Shown: piece after piece, positions 39,475-52,966 of the stretch
How positions within the stretch are numbered: position 1 is the stretch's first letter
Layout: every line of letters starts with the position of its first letter
Assembly (NCBI RefSeq): GCF_009914755.1
Contig: NC_060936.1
Source: the human T2T-CHM13v2.0 reference genome, Homo sapiens
Strand: one strand, 5' to 3'
Length of the DNA: 64,000 nucleotides
The notes under the pieces: generated by a model
What the model saw: the letters and a program-made list of their open reading frames with translations, nothing else
Told to the model about the DNA's origin: nothing
Database searches by the model: none
Program-made: the position numbers and the translations under genes

Positions 39475-40030
39475 CTGCGAGTTCCATGTGCGGCAGACAC
39501 GCGCTCACACTTCGCAGCCGGAGGAGCAGGCAGGAAGCGCCGCCCCCCGGCCGCCCCGGCCGCCCACCCTCAACCTTCCTCCACGTTACCTTGGGCGTGT
39601 AGGCTTCCCGTGGACCTGCCCGCGCCGCCCGCTCGGCTCTCAGCTGTCAAGCAGCCGCCTGCTCCGCCCGACTCTTTCCGCTCCGAGCCGCGCGGGCTGG
39701 ACCAGCCCCTCAGCGGAGCTGAACGGGAAGCGGCGCCCCCTGGACGCCCTCCGGGACGTGCGCGCGCCAAGCGGTGGGGTCCGGGCCTGCAGGCGCGACC
39801 TGAGGCCGCCAGGGAGGCTGGGTGGCGAGGGCGGGGCGGCTGCCGACTTAGCCGGCCTGACTGGTCGGGCTTCCGGGGTCCCGCTGCTCCCTAGGCCCCT
39901 TGCCCCGATTCAGGCTCCCAAGGTGGGGCATCAGTCCGGCCCTCGCTGGCTCACTGGAGAGGTGGTGTCTGGGAGTGCACCCCCGAAAACCCGGCAGCAG
40001 CCCGGCGTCACTCCGGCTGTTACCTCTGGG
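39475..40030 (-). promoter_or_regulatory. CpG island; probable promoter and first exon of a minus-strand gene
   Basis: Only CpG-dense, very GC-rich unique stretch in the window; GC box GGGCGGGGC at ~39829-39837; CTCF-like GCGCCCCCTGGAC at ~39733-39745; minus-strand donor AAG|GTAACG with exon end at 39590. Confidence 0.8.
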
Positions 40031-41099
40031 AGCAGAAACTAAAGGGGATCCTTATTCTTTATACTTTTCTGACTCTTCTATATATTCTACTGTGGGCATG
40101 AATCGTTAAAAACAAAACAAAACACCAAAAACCCAATACGTATTTGTTAATAAAGCACTGAGTAAATCTTCAAAGGCCTCCCGAGGTGCTCCGGCTGCAG
40201 GATAACCCCTCAGCTTAGCGCACAAGGCAAGGCCCACCCTGCCCTCTCCGGCCACAACCTAATTTTCCAGCCTCACCCTCTCTCCCTCACACACACACAA
40301 CACTTTCGCTCTGGACACACTAGCTGTTGCCAAACACCAGCTGTTCTTCACGGCTGCTGGGAGTTCTTCTTTTTGCCTGGAACACCCTCCCCTTTCATCT
40401 CTGCCTGTTGAAATCCTACTCATCCATCCAGGCCCCTCTGAAATGTCACCTTTTTGGAGAACCCTTCCCCCAGACACTGACCCTGCAGGGTGCCCCAGTT
40501 CTTTCCTGGCAAGCCCATCTTTCTGGTACTGGTTTATGTAGTAGCATCCCCCTCTCACACGCGCTAAGTCCTATTCCAAGGTGGAGAGAAACAAATTAGC
40601 ACTTACTGAGCAGCTGTTATAAATTACTCTGTGGAGTCCTTTCTTCTCCTTGCAGCCCAGCCAGCCACTAGCCCACAACCTCCCTCCACCCTGCCAGAGT
40701 TTCAGAAGGCTGTCAGGGGCTCTGAGGCCTGCCCTCTGGTGTGTCCCTACTGCGTGCCTTGGCTTTTCTGGCTCTGTCCTGGGTATGCTTCCCTGTGTCA
40801 ACTCCCAAGGTCTGCAAGCTGGTGACTTGACCTTCTCAGCCTTATGTGAGGAAAGAAGGACATTTCATTATCAGAATCTGAGAAGTGGAAGGGGCCTCAG
40901 AGATTATCCAGTGTAAAGCCTGCCCACCCATTTTACAGAGCAGAAAACTGTGACCAGAGAGATAAGGTCAGAGGCATCGGAGGTACCTACCATTGTTATT
41001 GTTGTTTTTAATAGTGTTAATACTTGCACGTTTAGATCGCCTTTCACTTCTAAATCAATGCGTTGTCATTCATTTGCCCCTTACAGTCTCAGAGGTATT

Positions 41100-41340
41100 A
41101 CAGTGGTTAGTGCACAGACTCTGGAGGCCAAAGCCCTGGGTTTGAATCTCAATGCTCCAACTTGCCAGCTACGTCCTTGGCAAGTTACTGGAACTTTCTC
41201 CATCAGTACAATGTGGATAGTAACAGCTCCTGCATCATGGGGTGTTCTATGAATCGAAATAAATGTGTATCTTTAAAGGGCTTAGAATAGTAGTAGGTGC
41301 ATTAAAAATGCCAAATGTATTTGCTCTTATCAAATTTTTG
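41100..41340 (+). mobile_element. MIR
   Basis: cagtggttagtgcacagactctggagg...ctgggtttgaatctc...aaagggcttagaatagt. Confidence 0.75.
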
Positions 41341-41982
41341 TTATTGTTAATTGTATCACTTCACAGTTGGAATAACAGAGGCTCAGAAAGGCTGAGACTC
41401 ATCCAAAAAATTGCTGCTTTGAGGATGGTTTCTCACCAAACTCCATGCAGTCATCTTTGTCTCTGATGCCATTCTGCTTCCTGTTCCCTTGTGTCTGAGT
41501 CTAACCACCTATTTAATAGGGAAGAAAAGCAACTGTCCTTTAGCCCACCTCAGAACACCTAGACATTTCATGTTGCAAACATTAACCACATCTTCTGGCT
41601 TCTACGGGGATGTCTCTAATTTGCTGGCGTTTTCTTTAACAGAACACCACGCCTCATGGTGCCCTTCAGAATCACAGAGCCATCACATTAACTGCTGCAA
41701 GTTCAGCTTGTACATTCATGCCTCTTTTACTCTTGGCCCGTGGCAGAAAAGCGACAGGGAAAAGATGGTTCTTCCAATGTATGGATGTAGGAAACTGAGG
41801 CACAGTTGATATTCACTGATTGGCCCCAGGCTATGGAGCTAGCCTGGACCATGGGAAGGATGAGGATCTCCACCTCCTCTTTCCCCATGGTTACATGATT
41901 CAGTGTTGCAGGAGAAACCCAAACTCGTTTATTCAATGAGGATTTATTGAGCTCTCTCTAGGTGACGAATAAGACCGAGGCA

Positions 41983-42410
41983 AGGCTGGCTTCCTGGGCA
42001 TATGACCTATGAAGTCACATAGGCCAGAGGTCCCCAACCTTTTTGGAACCAGGAACCTGTTTCGTGGAAGACAGTTTTTCCATGGACCAGGGGTGGGAGT
42101 GGGGGGTGGGAATGGTTTCAGGATAAAACTGTTCCACCTCAGATCATCAGGCATTAGTTAGATTCTCACAAGGAGTGTGCAAACTAGATCCCTCACATGC
42201 ACAGTTCTCAATAGGGTTCACGGACCAGTACCCCATTACCAGTTTGTGGCCTGGGGTTGGGGACCCCTGACATAGGCCACTCACTTAGAAGGGCTTCATA
42301 CAGAGTTTAATGCTGTCCTGCCACCTTCTTGAAATCTTAACAATTTTTGAACAAGGGGCCATATAAGTTGTATTTTACACTGGACCATTCAAGTTGTACA
42401 GCTGGTCTGG
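41983..42410. mobile_element. MER91-like hAT element split by MER1B
   Basis: ggctggcttcctgggc...cacttagaagggc...tcttgaaatcttaacaatttttgaacaaggggcc. Confidence 0.55.
42025..42269. mobile_element. MER1B-type hAT-Charlie element, internally deleted
   Basis: Terminal inverted repeats cagaggtccccaacc / ggttggggacccctg; 8-bp TSD ACATAGGC at 42017-42024 and 42270-42277. Confidence 0.9.
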
Positions 42411-45148
42411 ACCTAGGCTCTTCCCTAGGAGCTCTGTTTCACAGGGAATCAGCCAGGGAGTTGACAACTGCAGTTCAGTACGATGGGGGTTGTGACAGAA
42501 GCAGGGTAGCCGTGAAAGAAGAACAGGACCTTGGCCAGTATTCAGCTCACTTGGGTCATCCTCCCCAGCTGTGCAACCTGCCCAGCTGCCAATGACTTAC
42601 CACTGTGCTCCTTGCTGGGAGGATGGCCTTGGTTTAGCACCAGGGCCTGTAGCCCCAGACAGCAGCTGCAAACCCTGCCACCCTAAGAGGCCACTGCTAG
42701 GTCATGTCAACACCAGGAAATGTGTGTCATTGGAGCCCTAAGCTGTTCTCATGTCCTCCAACCCAGGACTCATGTCCCTGATCTCATGTCCCCGATCACC
42801 AGACTGCCAGTGGACTCTACTTTCTGCTGCCTGCCCAGACCCAGTCAACTTCCAGAAAAGGGCACATAAAGTGATCCACACTGAAAAGCAATTGGCAGAC
42901 AAAACCTAATGGGCTATTCATCCAAAGGAAACTTGGGTTTTATTAGGGGTATCTGGTGTCCTCCTGGCCTGCATTCTGACATATAATAAGCATCTAAGTC
43001 ATGACAGTTGAGTGAACATACAAAAGGTAAATACATATGGCAAAGCCTAGAATTGGAATTGGCAGTTTGAAGGCCATTGGCCCAAGAACAGGGTATTTTC
43101 GGTTGTGTTCTCTTTTCTTTCTTTTTTTTTTTTTTTTTTTTAGATGAGTGCTGGAAGCCCCAACACAATTGTTTGGGAATAAATGGAAGTGAGGAATGGA
43201 GAAGTAAGGAGGTACCACTCTCAAGGAGGCTGTCAGTAGAGGGGACAAAGAGTGTGAGAGAGGAACAGAAGAACCAAGCAGGAGACTGGAAGAGGTTTGT
43301 AGACTGAGGTTAAGAATCTGATGAAGAGAGAAAGGATGAAGAGTGAGGAGGGGTCAATGGCCCTGGTATAAGAAGAGGCAGGAAGGACTGGCGAGGACAA
43401 GGGCTTAGGAGGAGCCCAGAAGTCTCAGAAGCAGGGGGAGGAGGTAAAGATGAGTGAGGATGGGAGCAAGGTGGTGGGAGGAAAGTGGATGCAGAGCTCC
43501 CAGATCATAGTCCCTGTTTCATCTATGAACCAAGAAAATAGGTAATGGCTGGAGGGTCTGGGCTGATTGGTGGGGTAAGTAACATTTAGATGCTTGTGCT
43601 GTGAGTTGCTGCCTCCTCTGGGGTGGGGCAGGGAAGAGCCAGTGTCAGGGGTGGGGGGAGTAGAAAATTGGCTTGAAGGGCACAGGGACACTTCCAATGA
43701 GGCGTGCTACCCTCTTCCAGAGTCACCTTGATGCTCTATGGCATCCTTCCTCCTGTCATCTGTAACTTCTTTGTTTTTTCTTGTTCACTTGCTGCTTTCA
43801 ACTCTAACTTAAGCCCAGTTCCTATTATTGGTCCCCTTAGAGGAACAATGAAAACATTCACTGTTCTAATACAGGAATCCCTCTGCTGTTCCTTCTTCCT
43901 TATTGTGAATGGCAACAATTACAGAGTTTCCAACAGGTGGAGGCCAAAAACCAAACAGATTTTTCAATGTTGACTTTCTCAGGCTGCATACAGAAGGGCA
44001 GCATCTGCCCCACCTCCCAGAGCTTCGCCAGCAAAGGCCAAATCAAACAGCGGCCCAGAGCAGAGGGCTGGCCAGCTCTACAGAGCCAGCAAACACCAGA
44101 GGGAAATCACCCTGGATCCATATCTTCTAACCTTTGCCTCTGTGAGCATGTTTGGGAAGGAGACATCTATGAGATTGCAGGAGCCAATTCAGGCTACATG
44201 CTTATAGCTGCAATTGAAAAATTAGGCTAGAATGCAGGGCCTCCCTGAAGATATTTCTGAAAATCATGTACTTCCTTTAAGGGATTTACAAATCTGGAGT
44301 CCTTCCAAAACAGGACAAGTAAGACATGAGCAGTGACTTTCTACTCTCCATCCAGCAGCCAACAATAGACTTCGTCATTCAGATGGAGCTGCAGAGGTAC
44401 AGACCTGAGAGAGCTGGAAGTCATAGAGCCAATCCCATGTATTACTGACGAGGTAACTATGGCTCAGGGTGACTTGACCTGTAAGCCACAAGCTTGTGGG
44501 TGACCACTCCAGGCCCTGAATGGAGGATTTCACTCCATCCCCCTGCCCCACAAGTGGCCTCTGAGAGACAGAGTACCTGATGCCACCTTATGTGGGATAT
44601 TGTTTTTGCTGTCACGAATTTCTGAATCCCCTCTTTGTGGAATAGAGAAATCAAAGCCACCATACGTTCAAGGGTATCCACTAAAGAAGCCACATGGTTA
44701 CTTCAGCTAAAAATAAATTAAAGACCTAACAATGAATTATCATTTATCTAATCATCTGGGAATGATGAAATTAATGTTTCGTATCTACTATTTTACAGTT
44801 ATAAATTGCTTAGAAAGTATAGATATTTTTCCCTCATAATTCTGCTTTCCCATGAGTGCACATGCATACACACAAGACCCAACCACAGTACCTTGACCGT
44901 GAATATAATAAATAAGGAAATAACAAATGTAGTAAGGTGAAGGAGGGGGTTCTGTCAGCCCAAGAATGTTCTAGGCCTAGTGTTTGGTGGAGCCAACCAG
45001 CTCCTACAAGCCAGCGAAAACAAAGAAAAGTGCCTGGCCATTTCATTACAGAGTGCTTCCCAATAATCTAATTCCTCCACCATCAAAATTTGGTCAGGGA
45101 ACATCACCATTTTTAGAGAGATGCTTTGTTTTGATAAAACAACCCTTC

Positions 45149-45505
45149 TGTATTAGTCTCTTCTCATGCTGCTGATAAAGACTTACCTGAGACTGGGTAA
45201 TTTATAAACGAAAAGAGGTTTAGTGGACTCACAGTTCCATGTGGCTGGGGAGGCCTCACAATCATGGTGGAGGGCAAAAGGCACGTCTTATATGGTGGCA
45301 GACAAGAGAGAGCTTGGGCAGGGAAACTCCCCTTTATCAAACCATCAAATCTCGTGAGACTTATTCACTATCACAACAACAGCACAGGAAAGACCCACCC
45401 CTATGATTCAATTACCTCCCACCAGGTCCCTCCCATGACAGATGGGAATTGTGGGAGCTACAATTCAAGATGAGATTTGAGTGGGGACACAGCCAAACCA
45501 TATCA
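45149..45505 (-). mobile_element. THE1 (B/C-like) solo LTR
   Basis: tgtattagtc...cagccaaaccatatca; 5-bp TSD CCTTC. Confidence 0.92.
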
Positions 45506-46148
45506 CCTTCTAAGCTTATATTCACCCACAAATAGGCTGTAAAGAGCCCAGCATTTGCTTTCTAGCAATGGTGTCATACTAGCTTTGCTTTCCCTGCCTG
45601 CAGGGCCCTCCATGCATCTCTGTTTAAAGTCTAAAGCCAGATCCAGCTTTCATGCTGCCTACTGCAGAAAGACACCTCTGGTGTTTCTCAACCAGAGGAG
45701 CCTCCCCACCTCTCAATTCCAGACCACTTCTCTTAAAAACATGACCAATGATGCCAAAAGTCTAATTTATGTGTAGAGTTGGTGTTGCAGAGTAGAAGGG
45801 GATTGAGAGGTTGAGACTAAATAACTACTCAGCTTTGAACATGTCAGGAAGTTTATCTGTTCTTCGGCTTCCTAATCTGTAAAATGTAGTTAGGGACAGG
45901 ATCTACCTGATGAGGTTGTTGTGAGACGTAAATGAAATAATTCACATAAAAAGCAACTAGTACAGTACCTGGTACATAGTCAAGGCTTACAGTGTCAGGA
46001 AAGGAAAAAGGAAGGGAGGGAGGGAGGGAGGAAGGAGAGGAAGAGGGAAAAGCAAAGCAAAGAGAATGACACCAGCCTAGGCAACACAGTGACACCCCAT
46101 CTCTACAAAAAATTATAAATTAAAAAAAAATTAGCCAGGCATGGTGGC

Positions 46149-46873
46149 TGATATGGTTTGGATTTGTGTCCCCACCCAAATCTCATGTCGAATTGTAATC
46201 CCTAATGTTGGAGGAGGAGCCTGGTGGGAGGTGACTGGATCATGGGGAAGGATTTTCCCCCTTGCTATTCTCATGATAGCGAGTGAGTTCTCACAAGATC
46301 TGGTTGTTTAAAAGTTGATATGGTTTGGCTGTGTGCCCACTCAAATCTCAACTTGAACTGCATCTCCCAGAATTCCCACGTGTTATGGGAGGGACCCAGG
46401 GGGAGGTAGTTGAATCATGGGGGCCAGTGTTTCTTGTGCTATTATCATGATAGTAAGTCTCACAAGATCTGATGGGTTTATCAGGAGTTTCTGCTTTTGC
46501 TTCTCTCTCATTCTCTCCTGCCACACTATGTAAGAAGTGCCTTTCCCCCCCACCATGATTCTGAGGCCTCCCTAGCCATGTGGAACTGTAAGTCCAATTA
46601 AACCTCTTTCTTTCCCCAGTCTCGGGTATGTCTTATCAGCAGCATGAAAAGGGACTAATGAAACGTGTATAGCACTTCCCTTTTTGCTCTCTTCCTCAAG
46701 CTCCAGCCATGTAGGATGTGCCTGTTCCACCTTCACCTTCTGCCATGATTGTAAATTTCCTGAGGTCTCCCCAGACATGCTTCCTGGAACCATGAGCCAA
46801 CTAAATCTCTTTTCTTTATAAATTACCCAGTCTCAGGTAGTTCTTTATAACCATGTGAGAATGGACTAATACA
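46149..46873 (+). mobile_element. MSTA-like LTR interrupted by THE1
   Basis: tgatatggtttggatttgtgtccccacccaaatctcatg...ggactaataca; TSD GTGGC. Confidence 0.88.
46316..46662 (+). mobile_element. THE1A-like LTR nested in MST
   Basis: Second tgatatggtttggctgtgt start...cagcagcatgaaaagggactaat end; approximate TSD AAAGT/AACGT. Confidence 0.85.
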
Positions 46874-46950
46874 GTGGCACACACCTGTAGTGAGCTATGA
46901 TAACGCCACTGCACTCCAACCTAGGCAACAGAGCAAGACCCTGTCTCTGA

Positions 46951-46981
46951 AAAGAAAGAAAGAAAAGAAAAAGAGAGAGAG

Positions 46982-47012
<31 letters not shown>

Positions 47013-47108
47013 TAGAAAGGAGGGAGGGAGGGAGGGGGAGGGGAGGGGAGGGAAAAGAAAAGAGAAGCAAGCAAGAAGAGAAGGAAGAAGGAAGGAAGGA
47101 GGGAAAAA
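46951..47108 (+). repeat. GA-rich low-complexity tail
   Basis: Nearly pure purine tract after the Alu. Confidence 0.9.
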
Positions 47109-48328
47109 ATATCCTTCTCTCTCTACTGAAGTCAAAAGCACCATTGCCTCTTCTTAGATGAAATACATATATGACCTCCTTGGAGGCACAATTTTATGTA
47201 ACAATGACACCAAAGATCATGGAAAGGGTGAGATCAATTAATTTTTTAGATCTCCTATGTAAAGACATTGGCTGAATTCTGAATTCCATTAGAAACTGAA
47301 TATTTTCAGGATGGAAGGAAATGCAGCAAGTCACCCTGTCCAACGCCCATTGATTTTCAGCTAAGGGAACTGAGATCTGCAAAGGGTAAGAGCCCACTGG
47401 CTGCAGCTGAGTCCAGATTGGAAAGCTTCCAGCCCAGACCTCCTCCCCTCCTGCACATCCCCTCTCCCAGCTGGGGAGAGACACCATAAAAACCTGATGT
47501 CCAGAGAAGAACTTCTGGCATAAGAGTGTGAAGAGGTCGATAATCTATTTCCTCAAAAAGCAACTATAGTCCCCACTCAAAACTGTCAAAAACAACCATT
47601 TCATTTCCCAAAAATGACTGGAGGCGTGCAACAAACTGAGAAGTGCTTATATTCGTGAAAACTACTAAACTTACAGCAACATCAGCGTGAATCTGTGGTG
47701 ATTTGTATGAGTCCTGCACCCCTGCCCCGCCACCAGAGTGCTGTTGTTTGATAGTTCAATGAGGGCAAGCCAGATCTTACAAACTAGCATTTTTTTGTCA
47801 CTGCCAGAGGGGGTTCCCTTGACTTGAAGCAGTATTATTTAAGCGATGATCTCAGAGGCAAGTAATCAGAAAGGACCAGAAGCTCTTCTGGCCTGAAACT
47901 GCAGAGCAAGCAATGGGCTAGTGACTAGCTGGGTACTTAACAGGGAGTTCCAGGAGGTGAAGCAGATATGAGGGGATTAGTAAACTCTCCCCATATTATG
48001 AGTTAAACAGAGGTCGTATGCATATGCTGCAGAAACGGGAACATCCTAAGCCACCCACACATTCCTGGCCAGTGGAGTCTTCCCCATGTACAGTGGAGAT
48101 GCAAGGGCTCAGGGGAAAAGAGAAGCCTCGGCAGACTTGGGGGGAAAATGCCTGAAATTTTGATGCACTCTCCAGCTGACTCACAAATCTGCCAGCAGAA
48201 AGTAGAAATCTCACTGGCTCGAGATATTTGAGCATAACCTCTGACCAATCTTTGGCTGAACGCTAATCTAGGCAGACACATGGGCAACTCTAGGAAGCCA
48301 GGCTTAAGAATAAGAAACAAGGCCAGCT

Positions 48329-48621
48329 GGCCGGGCACGGTGGCTCATGCCTGTAATCCCAGCACTTTGGGAGGCCGAGGTGAGCGGATCACGAGGTCAG
48401 GAGTTCGAGACCAGCCTGACCAACATGGTGAAACCCCGTCTCTACTAAAAATACAAAAATTAACCAGGCGTGGTGGCGCGCACTTGTAATCCCAGTTACT
48501 CAGGAGGTTGAGGCAGGAGAACTGCTTGAACCCAGGAGGTGAAGGTTGCAGTGAACCAAAATTATGCCACAGCACTCCAGCCTGGGCGATAAAGTGAGAC
48601 TCGGTCTCAAAAAAAAAAAAA
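48329..48621 (+). mobile_element. AluSg-like, inserted at the 5' edge of the next Alu
   Basis: ggatcacgaggtcaggagttcgagaccagcctgacc; TSD AAGAAACAAGGCCAG at 48312 and 48622. Confidence 0.92.
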
Positions 48622-48630
48622 AAAGAAACA

Positions 48631-48935
48631 AGGCCAGGAGTGGTGGCTCACGCCTGTAATCCCAGCATTTTGGGAGGCCGAGGCGGGTGGATCATGAGGT
48701 CAGGAGATTGAGACCATCCTGGCTTACACAGTGAAACCCTGTCTCTACTAAAAATACAAAAAAAAAAATTAGCGGGGTGTGATGGCATGCTCTTATAGTC
48801 CCAGCTACTCAGGAGGCTGAGGCAAGAGAATCATTTGAACCCAGGAGGCAGAGGTTGCAGTGAGCCGAGATCACACCACTGCACTCCAGCCTGGACAACA
48901 GAGCAAGACTCTGTCTCAAAAACAAACAAACAAAA
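48631..48935 (+). mobile_element. AluSc/Y-like
   Basis: Full Alu; TSD AAGAATAAGAAACAA at 48306 and 48936. Confidence 0.92.
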
Positions 48936-51057
48936 AAGAATAAGAAACAAGAAAAACAGTAGCAGAGACAGTCATAGATGTACGCTGCAGAGGCAAGCTT
49001 CACAGATTTCTTCCAGACAAGTTATTAAATAAACATACAAAACAATAACAATAGCAACACTCAAATTAAAATTAAAATCCAAAGTTGCTACAATATACTA
49101 TGTAAAATATCCAGTTTTCAACAAAAAAATGATAAGGCAGGCAAAGCAACACAAAGGTATGACCATATTCAGGAAAAAAAAAAAGGAGTCAGTTGAAATT
49201 GTCTCTGAATGTCCCTGGATGTTGGGTCTAGCAGACAGTTTTTAAAGCAGTTATTAGAAATATGTTCAAGGAACTACAGGAAACCATGTTTAAAATTTTA
49301 AGGAAAGTATGACAACAATAAATAAACAATATCAACAAAAGAAATTACACGAATGAATCAATTCTAAAACAATGGATGTCACAAGGCAGTGAAATGACAT
49401 ATTCGAAATGGTGAAAAATATCTGTCAACAAATTACTTACATCCATCAAAACTATCCTTCACAAATGAAGGCAAAGTAAAGACATTCCCAGGTAACCAAA
49501 GAGTGAGACAATGTTTTGCTAGCAAATGTACCTCACGATAAATACTAATGGAAGTCCTTTAGGCTTAAAGAAAGTAACACCATAAGATACTCAAATCCAC
49601 AGAAAGAAAGGAAGCAGTTCAGAAATTATAAATATGTGGGTAAATATAAAAGACTCCATAAATATATTTTTTCCAATTTTTTTCTCTTCTTTAAAAGACA
49701 TAAAATTGTATAAAGCAAAACTTATAACACTGTATTGTTGGGTATATAACACACATAGAAATTGATACGATAATGATGGAACAAAGGAGGGTAGGGAAAA
49801 GAAATAAATATTGCAGCAATATTTTTAGAATTAATGTAGTATTATTCTGAATTAGATTGCAAGAAGTTGAGATGCACATTGTAATTCCTAAAACACCTAA
49901 GAATATAACTCAAAAATACAGCAGAAAAATCAACAGAGGAATTAAAATGCTACACTAAAAATATTCATTTAACATGAAAGACGGAGATAAAAGAGGAGCA
50001 AAGGAATAATAACAAAAAAATGAGAAAAATAGAAAACACACAGAAAAATAACAAATATCAATCCATACCAACAATTACACAAAATATAAATGGACTAAAT
50101 GCCCTACTCAAAAGGAACAGGTTTTCAGACTGGATAAAAAAGAACAAGACCAAATTTTTGTATGTTTGTATATGCTGTCTACGAGAAACATAGCTTAGCT
50201 TCAAAGAAACAAGAAACACAGCTTAGCTTCAAAGAAACAAAGAAAATTAAATGTAAAAGGATGGAGGACTTCCAGTTTCAGCTATGACATGTGAAGAGCT
50301 TAGAAGTTATCACTTCCATTCTTACAAGATAAAAGCTGCACAAATGGAAAACAAACTTTTCTTAGAGCCATCAGAAAATTGAGATCGCAGGGCAAAGAAG
50401 CACCCTGAAATCTAGAGAGACAAGTGAATACAGAGAACCACAGCCTAGGTCAGCTCTTGTAAAGCAGAAGCCACGACAGCCGTAAACGGACAGAAACACT
50501 TACAGTAATTCTGATGGATTGCTGGGGGTCGAGTATGGATTTGCTTGAGAGAGTAATTCCTGGAGATGCAGTGTTAGTGTGCTTCCCCCACTACACTTTG
50601 ATGGATTTTACCTTCAGGAGCCTCACCAGATTCTCACAGTGAATATCCAACAAAAAAATCCCTTATGTTTCAGGCAGGGGTGAGGGGAAAAGTAACCATT
50701 TAAAATGCCAAAGCATTCTCCATTTCAAGGGCCTACTCTCCGAGGGAACCAACTTTACCAGAGCCTTATCTACCTGAGAGAAGGACGATTAGCCAACTTC
50801 AGCTCCTTCTAGTTTTCCTGTCTCACTTGAAGGAAGGGAAAAACAAAACGAAACAAAAAACATCTGAAGGTTATAGCCCAGAGACTCAGGAAAAAAAAAA
50901 AAAAAAGGAGTCAATTGAAATTGTCTCTGAATGTCCCTGGATGTTGGGTCTAGGAGACAGTTTTTAAAGCAGTTATTAGAAATATGTTCTACTAAAATAA
51001 AATAAGCCTGAGATTTAATCATAAAATTATAGATCATTTCACCTCACCAACACCTTT

Positions 51058-51603
51058 TGTATTAGGGTTCTCTAGAGGGACAGGACTAATAGGATAGATG
51101 CATATATGAAAGGGAGTTTATTAAGGAGTATTGACTCACAAGATCAGAAGATGAAGTCCCACAATAGACCGTCTGGAAGCTAGGGAGCAAGGAAGCCAGT
51201 CTGAATCCCAAAACCTCAAAAATAGAGAACGCGACAGGGCAGTCTTCAGTTTGTGGCCAAAGGCCCAAGAACCCCTGGCAAACCACTGGTGGAGGTCCAA
51301 GAGTCCAAAAGCTGAGGAATTTAGAGTCCGCTGTTCCAGGGCAGGAAGCATCCAGCACGGGAGAAAGATGGAGGCCAGAAGACTTAGCTAGTCTAGTCCT
51401 TACACCTTCCTCTCCCTGCTTTTATCCTAGCCACGCTGGCAGCTGATTCGATGATAACTACCCAGATTGAGGGTGGGTCTGCCTCTACTAGTCCACTGAC
51501 TCAAATGTTAATCTCCTTTGGCAACACCCTCACAGCCACACCCAGGAACAATACTTTTCGTCCTTCAGTCTAATAAAATTGACACTCGGTATTAACCATC
51601 ACA
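51058..51603 (-). mobile_element. MLT2A-like ERVL solo LTR
   Basis: tgtattagggttctctagagggacaggactaatagga...cagattgagggtgggtctgcct...tattaaccatcaca; TSD CCTT(T/A). Confidence 0.9.
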
Positions 51604-51687
51604 CCTTATTATATCAACAGAGCTCTAGTATAGCAGATTACATCTGAAAGACCTGAAAAACACAAGTTCTATTTAAGAAAGGGTTCT

Positions 51688-52064
<377 letters not shown>

Positions 52065-52884
52065 CTACAGCTATGGTAAACATTAAACATAGCCCAGCTT
52101 GTAGCCAGATTAACATAAAACCTCACACAACGGCCTCTTTATCTTAGTTTCTACTACCCAATACACCATGTCTGCTTTCAATAGAAAATTACAAAGCATG
52201 CTAAAAGGCAAGAAAAAACAACCTGAGGAGACAAGCATTAGAACCAGACTCACATATAACACAGACTATGGAATTATCAGGTAAGAAAATTAAAAATAAT
52301 TATGATTAATATATTAAGGGCTGTAATGGAAAAAGTAGACAATATGTAAGAACAGATAGATCATGAGCAGAGAGGTGGAAATTCTAAGAAATAATTGAAA
52401 GAAAGTGCTAGAAATCAAATATACTGTAGAATAAATAATGTCTTTGACAGGCTCATCAGTAGACTGGAAACAGCTGAGGAAAGTGTCAGTGAGGCTGAAG
52501 ATATGGCAGTAGAAACTTCCCAAACTGAAATGCAAAGAGGAAAAAAAAAAGAAAAAACAGAATATCCAAGAACTGTGGGATGATCACAAAAGGTAAAACA
52601 TATGTGTAATGGGACTATCAAAAGGAAAAGAAAGAGAGAAAGAAGCAGGAGAAATTTGAGTAACAAACGCTGAGAAGTTTCCAAAATTAATAATAGAAAC
52701 CAAACTTCAGGAAGCTCAGAGAACATCAATCAGGATAAAATTTAAAAATCTACAACTAGGCATATCATATTCAAACTTCAGAAAACCAAAGACCAAGAAA
52801 ATCCTGAAAGAAGCCATGAGGGGCGGAGGTGAGGGGAGGACATCTCGCCTATAGAGGAACAGAGATAAAAATTACAGTGAACTT

Positions 52885-52924
52885 TTTATTAGTCTGGGTT
52901 CTCCAGGGAAACAGAACCAATAGA

Positions 52925-52966
<42 letters not shown>

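Larger units (their letters stand above)
46071..46950 (+). mobile_element. 5'-truncated AluJ split by an MST LTR (Alu parts 46071-46148 and 46874-46950)
   Basis: accagcctaggcaacacagtgacaccccatctctac...ttagccaggcatggtggc|...|gtggcacacacctgtag...ccactgcactccaacctaggcaacagagcaagaccctgtctc. Confidence 0.85.

Noticed and set aside
39346-40042. 182-220 aa Pro/Arg/Gly-rich ORFs
   Set aside because: Typical stop-poor frames of a GC-rich CpG island; no homology recognised
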